Assembly: GCA_964596675.1 (NCBI GenBank)
Contig: CAZQUZ010000003.1
Span: 30,198 to 94,197, forward strand
Source: an uncultured Candidatus Peribacteria bacterium
Lineage (GTDB): Bacteria; Patescibacteriota; Gracilibacteria; BD1-5; UBA2023
Direction of reading: 5' to 3'
Length of the DNA: 64,000 bases
Numbering within the stretch: position 1 is the stretch's first letter; each line of letters starts with the position of its first letter. Below are positions 22,200 to 34,197 of the stretch, one piece after another. A model generated the notes under the pieces. The model ran no database searches and had not been told where the DNA came from. It worked only from the letters and a program-made list of their open reading frames with translations. The translations under genes were made by a program, and so were the position numbers.

Positions 22200-22288
22200 A
22201 GAAAAAAAGTTTTAACCCTCAGAATTTTAGATTTTCGATATTGTTTTTTACCAAAATCCAATATTCCAAACATTAAAACTCCAGAGAA

Positions 22289-22364
22289 TGGAGCCACCAA
22301 TCAGACTTGAACTGATGACCGCCGGTTTACAAAACCGATGCTCTACCAACTGAGCTATGGTGGC
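22289..22364 (-). tRNA. tRNA-Thr(TGT)
   Basis: 76 nt. Acceptor GCCACCA/TGGTGGC, D-arm GCTCAGTTGGTAGAGC, anticodon loop TTTGTAA, T-loop TTCAAGT, and an encoded CCA. Confidence 0.9.
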
Positions 22365-22502
22365 GCTCGGGCAGATAATATAAAAAATCGAGGTGATGTC
22401 AAAATTTTTTTGCTGATTTTTTACTCTTCTCTATAATAGATTCTCTCTATAATACTGTTTTTCAGTATCAAAAGGCTCTTCTAGACTCATTTACCCTATT
22501 TT

Positions 22503-22958
22503 ATGATTACGATTCTCGCTGTTTCTGACGGGTACAAACATTTCTCCGAAGCCATACGCGAATACGAAAAACGTATACAAAAGTTCGCCAATATCACCCT
22601 CCTAAAGCCGATATCGCATACGAATCCAGAGTATATAAAGGTAAAGGAAACTCTCCTCATCCAAGAGAAGCTCGCGAAGCTACGAGGACGTGTCATCCTC
22701 CTTGATGAACGCGGTAAACCCCAGGATACTATGGATTTCAGAGACATGCTCGAGACGAGTCGTGATGCTGCAGAGGATATTATATTTATCATCGGTGGGA
22801 GCTATGGGGTAGATCTCGAGCTCTTCCAGAAGACACCACATACGACACTGCGTATATCTGACTTCGTCATGCCACACTCACTCGCCCTCCTCATCCTCAT
22901 CGAGCAGATCTATCGTGCCCATGAGATCATGAAAGGGAGTGGGTATCATCATGGGTAA
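22503..22958 (+). CDS. rlmH: 23S rRNA (pseudouridine1915-N3)-methyltransferase
   Basis: 151-aa SPOUT fold with IFIIGGSYG and LRISDFVMPHSLALLILIEQIYRA. Confidence 0.85.
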   Translation: MITILAVSDGYKHFSEAIREYEKRIQKFANITLLKPISHTNPEYIKVKETLLIQEKLAKLRGRVILLDERGKPQDTMDFRDMLETSRDAAEDIIFIIGGSYGVDLELFQKTPHTTLRISDFVMPHSLALLILIEQIYRAHEIMKGSGYHHG

Positions 22959-23071
22959 ATAGAGGAAAAATCTCTTTTGACATTCATACATTTTTCCATA
23001 TTATCACGCCGAAATTTGGAGATTTTGTATCTTTTACTCATCTCTAAAATCTACTTTCTAACTGCTACTCT

Positions 23072-25216
23072 ATGGCTATTTCTAAGGATCTAAAAGGAAT
23101 CCGAAACTTTGGTATCTGTGCGCATATCGATGCGGGTAAGACGACTACGTCTGAGCGTGTCCTTTTCTATAGCGGTATCACACATAAGATCGGTGAAGTA
23201 CACGATGGTGCGGCGACTATGGACTGGATGGCTCAGGAGCAAGAGCGTGGTATCACTATCACCTCTGCTGCGACGACTACGACATGGAACGGCGTACAGC
23301 TCAATCTCATCGATACTCCTGGACACGTAGACTTTACGATCGAGGTAGAGCGTTCTATGCGTGTACTCGACGGTGCTGTAGCAGTATTCGATGCATCACA
23401 GGGTGTAGAGCCACAGTCTGAGACAGTATGGAAGCAGGCAGATAAATACGGAGTTCCTCGTATCGCATTCGCGAATAAGATGGATAAGACGGGTGGTAAC
23501 TTTATGATGACATATGAGTCTATCATAAAGCGTCTCGCTGGAAACAAAGTCATCCCTATCCAGCTCCCTATCGGTCAGGAAAACGACTTCGAAGGTATCA
23601 TCTCTCTCGTAAATATGCGTGCATATAAGTTCGAGGGAAAGATGGGTGAGAAGGTCGTAGAGATGGATATCCCTGAGTCACATAAGGCTGAGGCTCAGAA
23701 ATGGCATGAAGCCCTCGTCGAGAAAGCTGCAGAGCAAGATGACGAGCTCATGAACAAGTTCTTCGAAAATGGAACTCTCACAGAAGCTGAGATAAAGCAA
23801 GGTATCCGAAAATGAGTAATCGCTGATGCACTCTACCCACTCATGTGTGGTAGTGCCCTCATGAATAAGTGAGTCCAGCTCGTCCTCGATGCGGTAGTAG
23901 ACTACCTCCCATCTCCACTCGATGTAAACGAGGGAACTATCACTGGTACTGATGTCGATGATATCGAGACAAAAATCACCCTCAAACAAGATCCAAATGA
24001 AACTCTTGGTGCTATCGCGTTTAAGATCATGACAGATCCATTCGTCGGACGTATCACATTCGTACGTGTCTATGCTGGTACTCTAAAATCTGGTACCTAC
24101 GTACTGAACTCTGTCTCTGGTGAGAGAGAGCGTATCGGACGCCTGCTCCAGATGCACGCGAACAACCGTACTGAGATCGATGAGATCCCAGCAGGTAATA
24201 TCGGTGCAGTTATCGGACTCAAGGATACAAAAACTGGTGACACGCTCTGTGATGAGAACAAGCCTCTCGTCCTCGAACGTATGATATTTCCAGAGCCAGT
24301 AATCTCTATCTCTGTAGAGCCAAAGACAAAGGCTGATCAGGAAAAAATGGGTATGGCGCTCAATAAACTCGCTGAAGAAGATCCATCATTCCGTGTATCA
24401 TCCAATGCTGAAACTGGTCAGACGATCATGGCGGGTATGGGAGAGCTTCACCTCGAAATCCTCGTAGATCGTATGAAGCGTGAGTTTAAGGTCGAGGCCA
24501 ATGTCGGTGCTCCTCAGGTAGCATACCGTGAAACCATCACTGCTACTGTAACTGACGAGCGTGGAGTCCATAAAAAACAATCAGGAGGTCGTGGACAGTT
24601 CGGTGATGTCGTCATGACATTCGAGCCGATCACTCCAGAGATGCGTGCTGCAGATCCGGAAGCTCTTGCTTCAGAAACAGTGTTTGTAAACAAAATCGTC
24701 GGATGAGTCGTCCCTCGTGAGTTCATCCCTGCGATCGAAAAGGGTCTCGTACAGGCATACGCTCGTGGTATTATCGCTGGATATCCTATCGTGGATGTCC
24801 GTGCGACACTCACATTCGGTAGCTACCATGATGTCGACTCAAATGAGCTCGCGTTCCGTATGGCTGCGATTAAGGCATTCCGCCAGGCTGCGAAAAAAGC
24901 TCGCCCAGCCCTCCTCGAGCCTATCATGCTCGTAGAGGTGAATACTCCAGAAGAGTACATGGGTGATGTCCTCGGAAACCTCAATAGTAAGCGTGGTCAG
25001 ATCATCGAGATGACAGAACGTGGTATGGCAAAAATCATCCGTGCTCATGTACCACTCTCAGAAATGTTCGGATACTCTACAGATCTCCGCTCATCGAGCC
25101 AGGGTCGTGCGACATACGCTATGGAGTTTGCTCACTATGCTCAGGTACCAAATAATATCACAGAAAAAATCCGTGCAGAACGTGGTGTGAAATTCGAGGA
25201 GGACGAAGAAGAATAG
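23072..25216 (+). CDS. fusA: elongation factor G
   Basis: 714 aa. Motifs [17 protein letters not shown] and NKMD. It has three in-frame TGA codons. Those at 23870-23872 and 24704-24706 fall on the conserved Gly of NKGVQ and IVGGVVP. Confidence 0.97.
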
Positions 25217-25255
25217 AAGATGGAAGTGTGGTAATCAATATAGTTCTAGAAAGCA

Positions 25256-25283
25256 AAACCTGCCTTGAATGGCAGGTTTTTTT
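25256..25283 (+). terminator. rho-independent terminator
   Basis: Stem AAAACCTGCC / GGCAGGTTTT, then a T-run. Confidence 0.7.
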
Positions 25284-25418
25284 GGCATTGAGGAAGCATA
25301 AACTACACAGGCATGCATCCGATAAAACTTGTGGGAAACAATTCTCGTTAGATTGGGGATTTTAATTTGCTTTTTTACATTTTATATTATAATTAATTTT
25401 AATAATAAATTTCATCTC

Positions 25419-26033
25419 ATGAATACCCACACTCTTGAATCTCTCTATGACTTTCCTCCTGAATATCCTAATTTCGATAGACTGAGGGAAGTCGCATTTA
25501 GATTGTTATCAAATAACTCTCTTATAACGCCGACCTTATGAGATAAAGTTACCAATATCAGACTATCAGAGCTCCGCCTTTCTATAAAAACAACTGAGGA
25601 TATATCCCAAGTCATTTATCCAGTACTTGAGTTATATAATCAAGAAATGATAAATGAATATGAAATTGCTTATTGATTAACGCAGTCCTTGAGTAAGGAT
25701 TCTCGAAAAGTATTTAACCAAGCAACTATAGAATATGCAGACCATGTATTCGGAACGAATTTGCTTGCATGGGGAATAAAAAATAATATTTTCACCCAAG
25801 ATGAATTAAGGCAAATTAGATTTGACCATGGCGAACATAAATGAGCATACTATGGGGAAGCCTATGTAAACCAGTATTTATGAGATGATTTCACTATCGA
25901 GGCTATTATGAGTAAGATAACGAATCAAAAATGGTTAGAGAATGCATTAAAGTTTGAAAGACAGCGAGAAGAAGAAATACAAGAACTCATGAGAACAGTG
26001 GAAGATCATGCCATAGATTGCTTGTGTTGTTAA
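25419..26033 (+). CDS. hypothetical protein (204 aa)
   Basis: Open through four TGA codons. It is AT-rich with no recognisable motif, and ends ...DCLCC. Confidence 0.5.
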
Positions 26034-26073
26034 AAATGATTGCAATAGGACGATTTTTCCCTACAATCCTCTC

Positions 26074-26364
26074 ATGTCATCTCCCCTCACTGTGAAAATC
26101 TGTACATGACGCTCCTGTAGTGAGCGATTTTCATCATTTATCGAGAAACGGCTCCTGTCAGATAAAGATTTTTATGCATATCCGGAAGATGTCGTCATCG
26201 AGACGTGTCTCTGTCAGGGAAGATGCAAAGAGTGACCTACTGTCATCTTCGATAGTGATGTGCAGCCCTATATGAACCCGATAAAAGCCTCTGAGACACT
26301 CCGCCGCAAAGTCGGTGAATGGAAGAATAAGTTAAAACAAACTCAAAATGGAGATAAAAAATAA
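26074..26364 (+). CDS. thioredoxin-like (2Fe-2S) ferredoxin-domain protein
   Basis: 96 aa. The Cys pattern VKICTGRSC ... ETCLCQGRCKEGPTVIF is typical of COG3411-type 2Fe-2S proteins. Confidence 0.55.
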
Positions 26365-26478
26365 ATATACCCCATATCAACTTCCTCTCTGGGAAAGCGA
26401 GGAAAAGATATACCAACTCTTGGTAACTATACAGAAAAAATTCCAGAAAATCGGTAAAAACCTATAAACCCCATACTC

Positions 26479-27471
26479 ATGCCCAAAGTCGGATATGTCG
26501 CCATCGTCGGACGTCCAAATGCTGGAAAATCTACACTCATAAATGCCCTCATCGGCGAAAAAGTCAGTGCCATATCTCCACGTCCTCAGACCACTCAGCG
26601 CTCTATAACAGGGATTTTTACCGATGAGAAAAAAGATTTACAGATAATATTTCTCGATACTCCTGGCATCCATCATCATGCCTGAGAACAATATGGTAGT
26701 CAGAAAGCCTATGATATAAATGAAAGGATAAATACCGAAGCATATAACTCTCTCCATAATGCTGATATAATCCTCAGACTCCTCGATCCAACACGTCCAT
26801 ATGGCGCCGAAGATGAGCGCATAGATACGCTCCTCTCCGGTATAAAAACACCGATTATCCGTATCGAAACCAAGCAAGATATCATAGCGAAACATGATGA
26901 AAAATTTTCTACTAAATCTAGTGTCGCGAAAGGAAAGTGGACGATAGAAGATGGGGATCTAAAAATCGCAGAAAGACCAGAAAGTGCTGATATATTTTAT
27001 CCTACCGATGCTGATATACACATAGATAGTATCACGGGGGTGGGCTTTTCTGAGCTTATCGAAAAAATCTCTACACATCTTCCAGAGGGTCCATTTCTCT
27101 ATGACAGCGACTACTATACCGATCAGCCGATGGATCTCCGTATCAGCGAAGTCATCCGAGAACAGCTCTTTCTCTCGCTCGGCGATGAGATACCATATGC
27201 ATGCTATATCGAAGTCTCCCAGATAGAAGAAAAGCTCGAGGGCAAAGGACCGATGCTCTCTATCCAAGCATATATAAATGTGGAGGCTGACAGTCAAAAA
27301 GTGATCGTCATCGGTAAATGAGGCCAAAAGATCCAAAAAATCGGAACAAATTCTCGAATCATTCTCGAAGAAATCTTCGATAAAAAAGTTTTTCTCGCCC
27401 TCCGTGTGAAAGTCCATAAGAACTGGAGAAAAGAACAAAAAGTCCTCGACAAGATATTTCCGAAGAGATAA
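26479..27471 (+). CDS. era: GTPase Era
   Basis: G1 [10 protein letters not shown]3 DTPG, and a C-terminal KH domain ([15 protein letters not shown], with Gly as TGA). It joins track ORFs 26479-26685 and 27040-27321. Confidence 0.9.
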
Positions 27472-28806
27472 TTATTTTTCTGAATCTTTCAGAAACCATT
27501 TTTTCCATAATTTTTGGAAAAAATTCGGCTTTCTAAATTCATTTTTGACAGATTCTTCAGATATAGGATCTGAGGGATTTGGATTGGGTACTCCACTCAG
27601 GGGTGAGTACTCTTCTTTTTTTTGAGTATCTAGCTTTTTAGATACTTCATCTTTATTGTTTATTATAGGTTTTTGTGCAGATTTCACTTCTGGAGATACT
27701 GTGGATATATGGGTTTGAGGTTCTAGAGATTTTTCTATAGGATGATTCTGTTTTTTATTTTTAATCTTCTTCACTCCTATACTCACCTTTTTTTCTACAC
27801 TACCATCCGTATGAGTCTGAAGTACATCCTGTGGTATGATAATGGTTTCTTCCCCATCTGTATAGGTAGAGACGATTCTCTGGGATGCGTCTGTCAATTC
27901 TCATATATAGAACTGGTTCTCTTTAAATACTCATATAAATCTATTTCCATTCCTGATATACAATCCCTTCCCATCTCGCATATCATTTTTCCACTCTCAT
28001 TTATAATAGTCTCCATTCTGAAAATTCATAATCCCGTACCCACTGCGTAGATCTGATTCATAGGTTCACCTATATTCTCATTCTGGATATTGTACTGGGA
28101 TGACATCTTCCTTTTTCTGGATAGGAATTTCAGTATCTTCATGGGAAACCTCCGCATCAGATTCGTTTTCCCCGTCTTTCGTACTAGTAGTACCATCTGC
28201 ATTATAGAATTTTCATGTCTCGAAATCATCATCTCGAAACGTTCAGTCATAGTACGACCCGTCAGAAAAAACCAACTGCCCACCACCATTTCGCATATCA
28301 TCTTTCCACTCTCACGAATAACCATTTTCGGAACTATCAATGAATAATCATATACCATGACGTTTACCCTCTACAAACTGTCATGTATATACTCCACTAC
28401 CTGGATATTCTTTTCTTTGGAAATCATCATCTACAGTTACCACCGTTGGCATCGGGGCAGCCTCTACTGGAGGCACTAGTCATTCTGAGATAGTGTTATC
28501 TGGTATGGAACTATCCGATGGTGCGATACTCTGAGGAGTAAGTGTCAAAATATCACCGAGAAGTGCTGTCTTTTTTGGTCTCGCTGAAAATGGTGCATTC
28601 TCTGCCACTTCTTCTGCGAGGGTTTTTAGCATTCTTTTATTCTCTCTATCGAGAGATAGAAAGATCTTTTCGAGTTCCTTTGTACTCTTATTTGCATTTT
28701 CACTATCACCTGCTCGTAATAGGGCATGGGTGATTCATTCTCATTTTCTTATTTTTACTTCTCATTTTTGGATGTTTTCACGTACTGATTCTATATCGAG
28801 TGGCAT
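27472..28806 (-). CDS. MORN-repeat protein (444 aa)
   Basis: I translated it codon by codon under code 25. MORN-like units: YTGQFVEGKRHGIG, YSGEWKDDMRNGGG, YDGTFRDD, YRGTYESDLRSGYG, YKGEWKNDMRDGKG. It has a Lys/Pro-rich C-terminal tail. Confidence 0.75.
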
Positions 28807-28892
28807 AAGTATATATATAATAGAGTTATAATAATAGCGCTTTTTTATAAATTTGTCAAAAACAATGCGTAATAGGAGGCTATTTTGGCATC

Positions 28893-29837
28893 CTAAAATA
28901 AATATGGGGCATATAGAGTAAAACTACTTCCTGATTTGGCAAATGTGGAATCGAGCAATATCTGGGAAGCTTGGCTTATTCAGAGTCATTCTCATACAAG
29001 TAATGTAATTTCTAATGTTGCTGGATTTCTCTGGATAGCATAGGTCGGACGTATCTGAAAACTCTGTCCATCTTTATCTATTCACTTTATGAATCCATCA
29101 CTTGCGATGGAAAGATAATTCTTTTTCATATCTCCGCTGAGTGAGATATTCATCTGAAGTCCATCTCATGTATCCTCTAGAAGTCGGAGATCTACACGTA
29201 TAGAATGATATGTTTTTTGAAAATGTACTCATCACACACCATCTGACTCTATCCATCCATCTAAAGGATCAAACATATACCCATTCGTAGCCTGAAAAAA
29301 TGGCTGTATCTCTATGGCTGTTTGTTTCTCATGAAATCATGGATGCTGTAGAAATTTTTGGCGAATCCTGAGTGACTCATCTTCCAGGTACACTACTTCA
29401 GGTGAGACTGTGGTGTTTTGAGTTGTATATTTGGATTTTTGGGATACATTCTCTGGTGTAGAGGTAAGTACTCCATCTTGGATAGATTGTATTTTATTTT
29501 TCAGTTTATTTGGTACATTCTCGACTACCTCAGGAGTGATAGATTCAGCTTTTTTAGCATCTTTTTTTATCCGTGATCTTCTAGCAGCATTACCAGCGGC
29601 AAGTAAAACTCATCATAATCATAAGAGTTCTACTCCATAGCTTCTAGTCTCTCATGAGACATCTATACCGATATTATGAGCATACTGTTGCATCTCTGGA
29701 GATGATGTTATTATTCGCTCGATATTTGCACGCACCTCCTCTTGGGTCATCTCATGTACTGGCTTTGCGGATAGAGTCGGCGTGGATAGCATGAGACTCC
29801 CTGCGGTAAAAAGAGATGTAAGGAGTTTTTTTGACAT
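28893..29837 (-). CDS. secreted/membrane hypothetical protein (314 aa), island gene 1
   Basis: Signal peptide MSKKLLTSLFTAGSLMLSTPTLSA and a Gly-rich TM segment VELLGLGGVLLAAG followed by RRSRIKK. It has about 13 in-frame TGA codons. TAG stop at 28893-28895. Confidence 0.55.
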
Positions 29838-29851
29838 AATAAAACCGATAC

Positions 29852-30631
29852 TTATCGTACTAAAAATGCTTGTTTTGTCTCCAAGAGATATAATTTTTCC
29901 CTATCCGTCATCTTGGGAATTTTTTTATTTGAGGCTATTTCTTTATTTCGATCTAAAAATATCTGAAAATCTCCAAGAGTATAGGATTGATTTTTATAAT
30001 CAGGGGTAAATCAATTCTCTCGCGTGAGGAACTCATGAACTTTTCATGGAAATCAGATTAATGGCTGATTTTGTATACTCTCTGGGGTATATACTGTTTT
30101 TTCTATTTTCTTATAGAGCAGATTATTTTTTTCATCGAGTGAAACTATAAACATCCCATCAGAATATGTTTTATCTGGATTTTCATGAAATCCATTCGAT
30201 ACAAGGAGTTCATGTGTTTTGTTCATAAATCCATTCGGCCTTACTTCCATATCCTCTGATAAAAATCATTTTCATATATCTTGTGATGGGGTAATATGTT
30301 TCGCATATTTCTCCATAAGAGTATCTATCTTCGCATCATCGAGTCGTATGATATCCCCCTCACGCACACTATGTACGGCTCTATACCCATATTTTTTGGT
30401 AGATATTCTATTTGGTGTGAGCGCATGCTCATCAGTACTAATCACTCGCGAAAGATCACGCAAGAGTTTACGGGTATTATTATCTAATTTTTCTTTTTTT
30501 AAATCTATACCCATAGCCACGGCAAGCTGCTGGGAGATACCATTTCCTCTTTCGATAGTGATACCCTTTTTTAAGGCCTCTGAGAGCTTATCGGATTGCT
30601 CTGATGTAAGGAGATTTTCTCGGGTTGACAT
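29852..30631 (-). CDS. hypothetical protein (259 aa), island gene 2
   Basis: Track ORFs 30272-30631 and 30053-30250 share a frame and join through TGA. TAA stop at 29852-29854. No motif recognised. Confidence 0.55.
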
Positions 30632-30767
30632 ATATACAAAATAATTATATATAATATATCACTATTTTTAGAGTATGTCAAATAATATTACTCTCCCTTT
30701 GGGTTATAAACTTTCTTTTTATATTCAGTTATGATACGATATATATAGTAATTTTACCTTTCTCTAT

Positions 30768-31967
30768 ATGGCTGAAATGAATAATACTCTGGAACAGGCT
30801 CCAGAGAAATCACTTACAAATAATACTGACTATATCCGTGCATCACTCGGGGATGCATATACATATTATCAAAATAATAAATCTCTCGATGGCTGGGAAA
30901 CAAAAGATAGCTATAGCCTCTCGAATGCGATGGGTGCTCATCAGATAGCGAGTAATACTCTCCATAAGCGTGAGAACATCACTCTACAAGATATCGATAC
31001 GGCATTGGATCACACATCATATAGTTCCACCCCTGAATACAGGGAAGCCTATCTCGCATATGCTCGTGGGAAGTGGGGCATCATACAAGCTGCGAAAACA
31101 GAAGAAAATCTACTCAAAAAGGAAGTGCTATGAAATCCTGAGTCTGCTCAAGTTACTAAAGAAGAATCCACTGTAAACTCGGAACAAAAACCTGAAACAA
31201 AGCCTGTACCCGAAAAGAATACTAAAAATAATCTTACTGAACAACAGGAAAATCTCTCAACACCTGGGACTAAGGGGGGTACAAGCAATCAATCATCTGA
31301 GAAAAGAGAAGGGATGAGTGATAAGTCCATCTTAGAATATAATAAGCAGTATATAGAGAGGAACTGACTATGAGAAGGTAGTTATTATACTAAACAATTC
31401 CCTGAATTAGAAGATCCAACTAAAAAGAATATTATCACCATACAACATAGGTTGAATACATGATTCGTAAATACAACACAAACCATAAAACTCACTCAAG
31501 ATGGAATATTATGAAAAAATACATTGGCAGCAATGCGGAAATTTATAGATACTAAAAAAGGGGAACAAAAAAAAGTAGACAATGGAAACAAGCCACTGTC
31601 GAATGTAGAAGAGAGAAACAAAGAAAAGATTATCTGAGAATGAAGCAAATTTATAGATAAAATCATAGCGAATAAAGAAATTTTTAATAAATTTATTGAC
31701 CTGAATGTTAAACAATATTATCTGGAAGATATTACTCCATTTAATAAGATAAAATATTTTGTGAATATTGAATGAGCTAAGCAAGGAGATCTACAGATGA
31801 GTACAAATATTGGCCACGCATATGAGAATGTGCTGAGTGGAACGAATCTAACTCAATGGAGGAGTCTCACGGAGAGAGGGAAAGAGGCTATTATACAGGA
31901 ATTAAATACTATATGGAAAAAGCGAGCAAATACAGAAATCCAGAAGATGAATACCACTAAAAAGTAA
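30768..31967 (+). CDS. hypothetical protein with putative peptidoglycan-binding-like repeat (399 aa), island gene 3
   Basis: Open through 8 TGA codons. The segment IQHRLNTGFVNTTQTIKLTQDGILGKNTLAAMRKFI resembles a PG_binding_1 helix pair. The central linker is low-complexity and rich in Lys, Glu and Thr. Confidence 0.6.
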
Positions 31968-31992
31968 CATTGTCTAATCCATTATTAGGAAT

Positions 31993-32024
31993 AAATCACC
32001 CCCATGTAGAATGGGGGTGATTTA
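31993..32024. terminator. bidirectional terminator
   Basis: 12-bp stem AAATCACCCCCA / TGGGGGTGATTT between convergent genes. Confidence 0.65.
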
Positions 32025-32043
32025 TTCAATATGTATAACTCTA

Positions 32044-34188
32044 TTATATTACAGTGGAGAATTGGCTAGTCATTTTCTCTGTCATTTCTTTTTGTGTATA
32101 TTTCTTATCTTTTATCACTACTGATTCAGTATTACCATAGATAGCGAGGAGTGTGGTAGCGATAGTTCCACCGAGTACGAGTCATCCGGCCACGTGACGC
32201 AGTGGTCACATATACCAGAGTATTGCTATAGAGGCTCCTGCACCTGCGATAAAAATAGCCCTTTGTGGTAGAGTGAGAGCTGCCCACACTTCAGCGATAA
32301 AACCACCGATTTGTGATAGTGATGACTCCGCGAGTCACTCGAAAATATGACGTATCATCTTATATGCTTCAGGACTGAGATATTGAGGCTTCTGCATTTC
32401 TGCGATGAGCTGCTTGTCAAAATGTTTTCATCGAAATGTTCCATCTTCTCATAAAATATTCCACATCTTCATATACATATATGCTTCTTGTCATGGATTC
32501 ATCTCGGCTTTCGTCATATTTTTCCCTCCGCAGAGAGCATACATACGAAATACATCTGCGAGACTCATAGATGCCTTGCTTGATAAAAAGTCTTGATAAA
32601 CATCTTTCTGACCAAATGAAAAATCACTACTGAGTGTCTGCTGAAATTCTCCCCAAAATTTAACTATATTTTTGAGTGTTGATTTATCTTTCTCAGAGAG
32701 AGAAGCCAGTTCATCGATTTTAGCAGGAGTATAATTTTTTATATCATCACCATGCTGAGCGATTATATGAGTGAGGAGGCTCGAGGATATGTCTAGATTC
32801 TTGAGGATAGATTTATATTCTACATTTTGCATCAGTGATGACGCCGAGAGACCTTTGAGAGGCATATCGATATGATCGCTGATCTCTCAAAGAAACTTGC
32901 CGAGATCTCCAGGACCGGTAATAGCTGTACTTGGCTCTATATTTTCGAATTTTCCTGCGAATCCGAGATTGTTATGTAAATCTGCAAATATTGTATATAA
33001 TTTTGTATTTGCTCATACATTTTGATTCGGTGAATGCTGATTCAAAAAGGCTCGTCATTTTCATGTCGTAATCGACTCTAAAACATGAAACAATAAATCA
33101 CCACTTATGGATTCATCTTGGATTCATATGTCTTTTTTGAGTCCGCTCTTATCAGAGGTTTTGCGATACTTATTATAAAGATCGATAGATTGTCCGAACG
33201 TGAGTTTCTGAAAAATCTCATTATGAAATATACCATCTATCTGTGGGTAGGGAAAGAGTTTATCCTTCAAGAGAGGCTGTATATACATCCTCACGAATCA
33301 TTTCGTCGCACCGATATAGAGCATCTGATGTTCTGAGTTTTCAGCTATAGACTCAGTCGAGGCAGTATTTGCCTCTTCTCATGAAGATACTGTAATTCAT
33401 GAATCTATTCAGGCCAGCTTCAGCTCTTCTGGTGTCAGAGATTTAGATACATCGATACCCATGAGTCTTGCTAAAAATCAGTAAAACATCACCTTAATAC
33501 TTCCCCACATACCATCGAATCATCCATTTTTCTTTTCGGAAAGAGCTTCTTTCATATCATTCGCGATACTCATCTCATCCCATCAGAGAAATTCTGCGAA
33601 TTTCTTCATAGGATTTTTTTTCATTTCTGTAAATTCTGTATCCACTCATTTTATAGCATCTCCAGCAATATCTGTCAATCATTTCTGAGTTTCTTTGAAT
33701 ATGGAGGTACCACTATTTTCTCCTACGAGAGCTGTCGATATCAATCCTCATCCTATTGCTGTCTGGAGGGTGGCAATAGGGCTTTCTGTGAGTGAGGATT
33801 TTTTAGAATTATTATTCTCGACTTCTTGCTGGAGTTTGGCTAGATTTTTTTCCATATCTACCAAGGCTCTATTAAACTCTTTTTGTTTATTAGATTCTGC
33901 ATTATGTTTACGCAGAGTTTGGATAGTACTCTCGAGTTGTTCCTTAAGGGGTATATTCATTCTGAGTGCGTCGTCTGTTTTTATGGTAGAGAGTAGATTG
34001 ATAGCCTTAGTATATTCGGCTTGTACAGTTTTGTACTCTTCACTCACTATCTTACCAATATCTGGCACTGCTCTATCAAATTTTTGCCAGCTCGCATCAA
34101 GTGTAGCACGAAAATTCCGAAGCAATGTATCTGATGGCATTGATTTCGGAGTGACGGGGGAGTTTTTTAGAATTTCTGGCGTTGTCAT
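32044..34188 (-). CDS. large orphan membrane-anchored protein (714 aa), island gene 4
   Basis: Codon-by-codon code-25 translation gives one frame from ATG 34188 to TAA 32044-32046, with 21 in-frame TGA codons and no TAA or TAG. It has an N-terminal coiled-coil-like region. The C-terminal glycine-zipper helices are GGFIAEVWAALTLPQRAIFIAGAGASIAILWYMG and GGLVLGGTIATTLLAIYG. Confidence 0.65.
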
Positions 34189-34197
34189 ATTAAAAGA

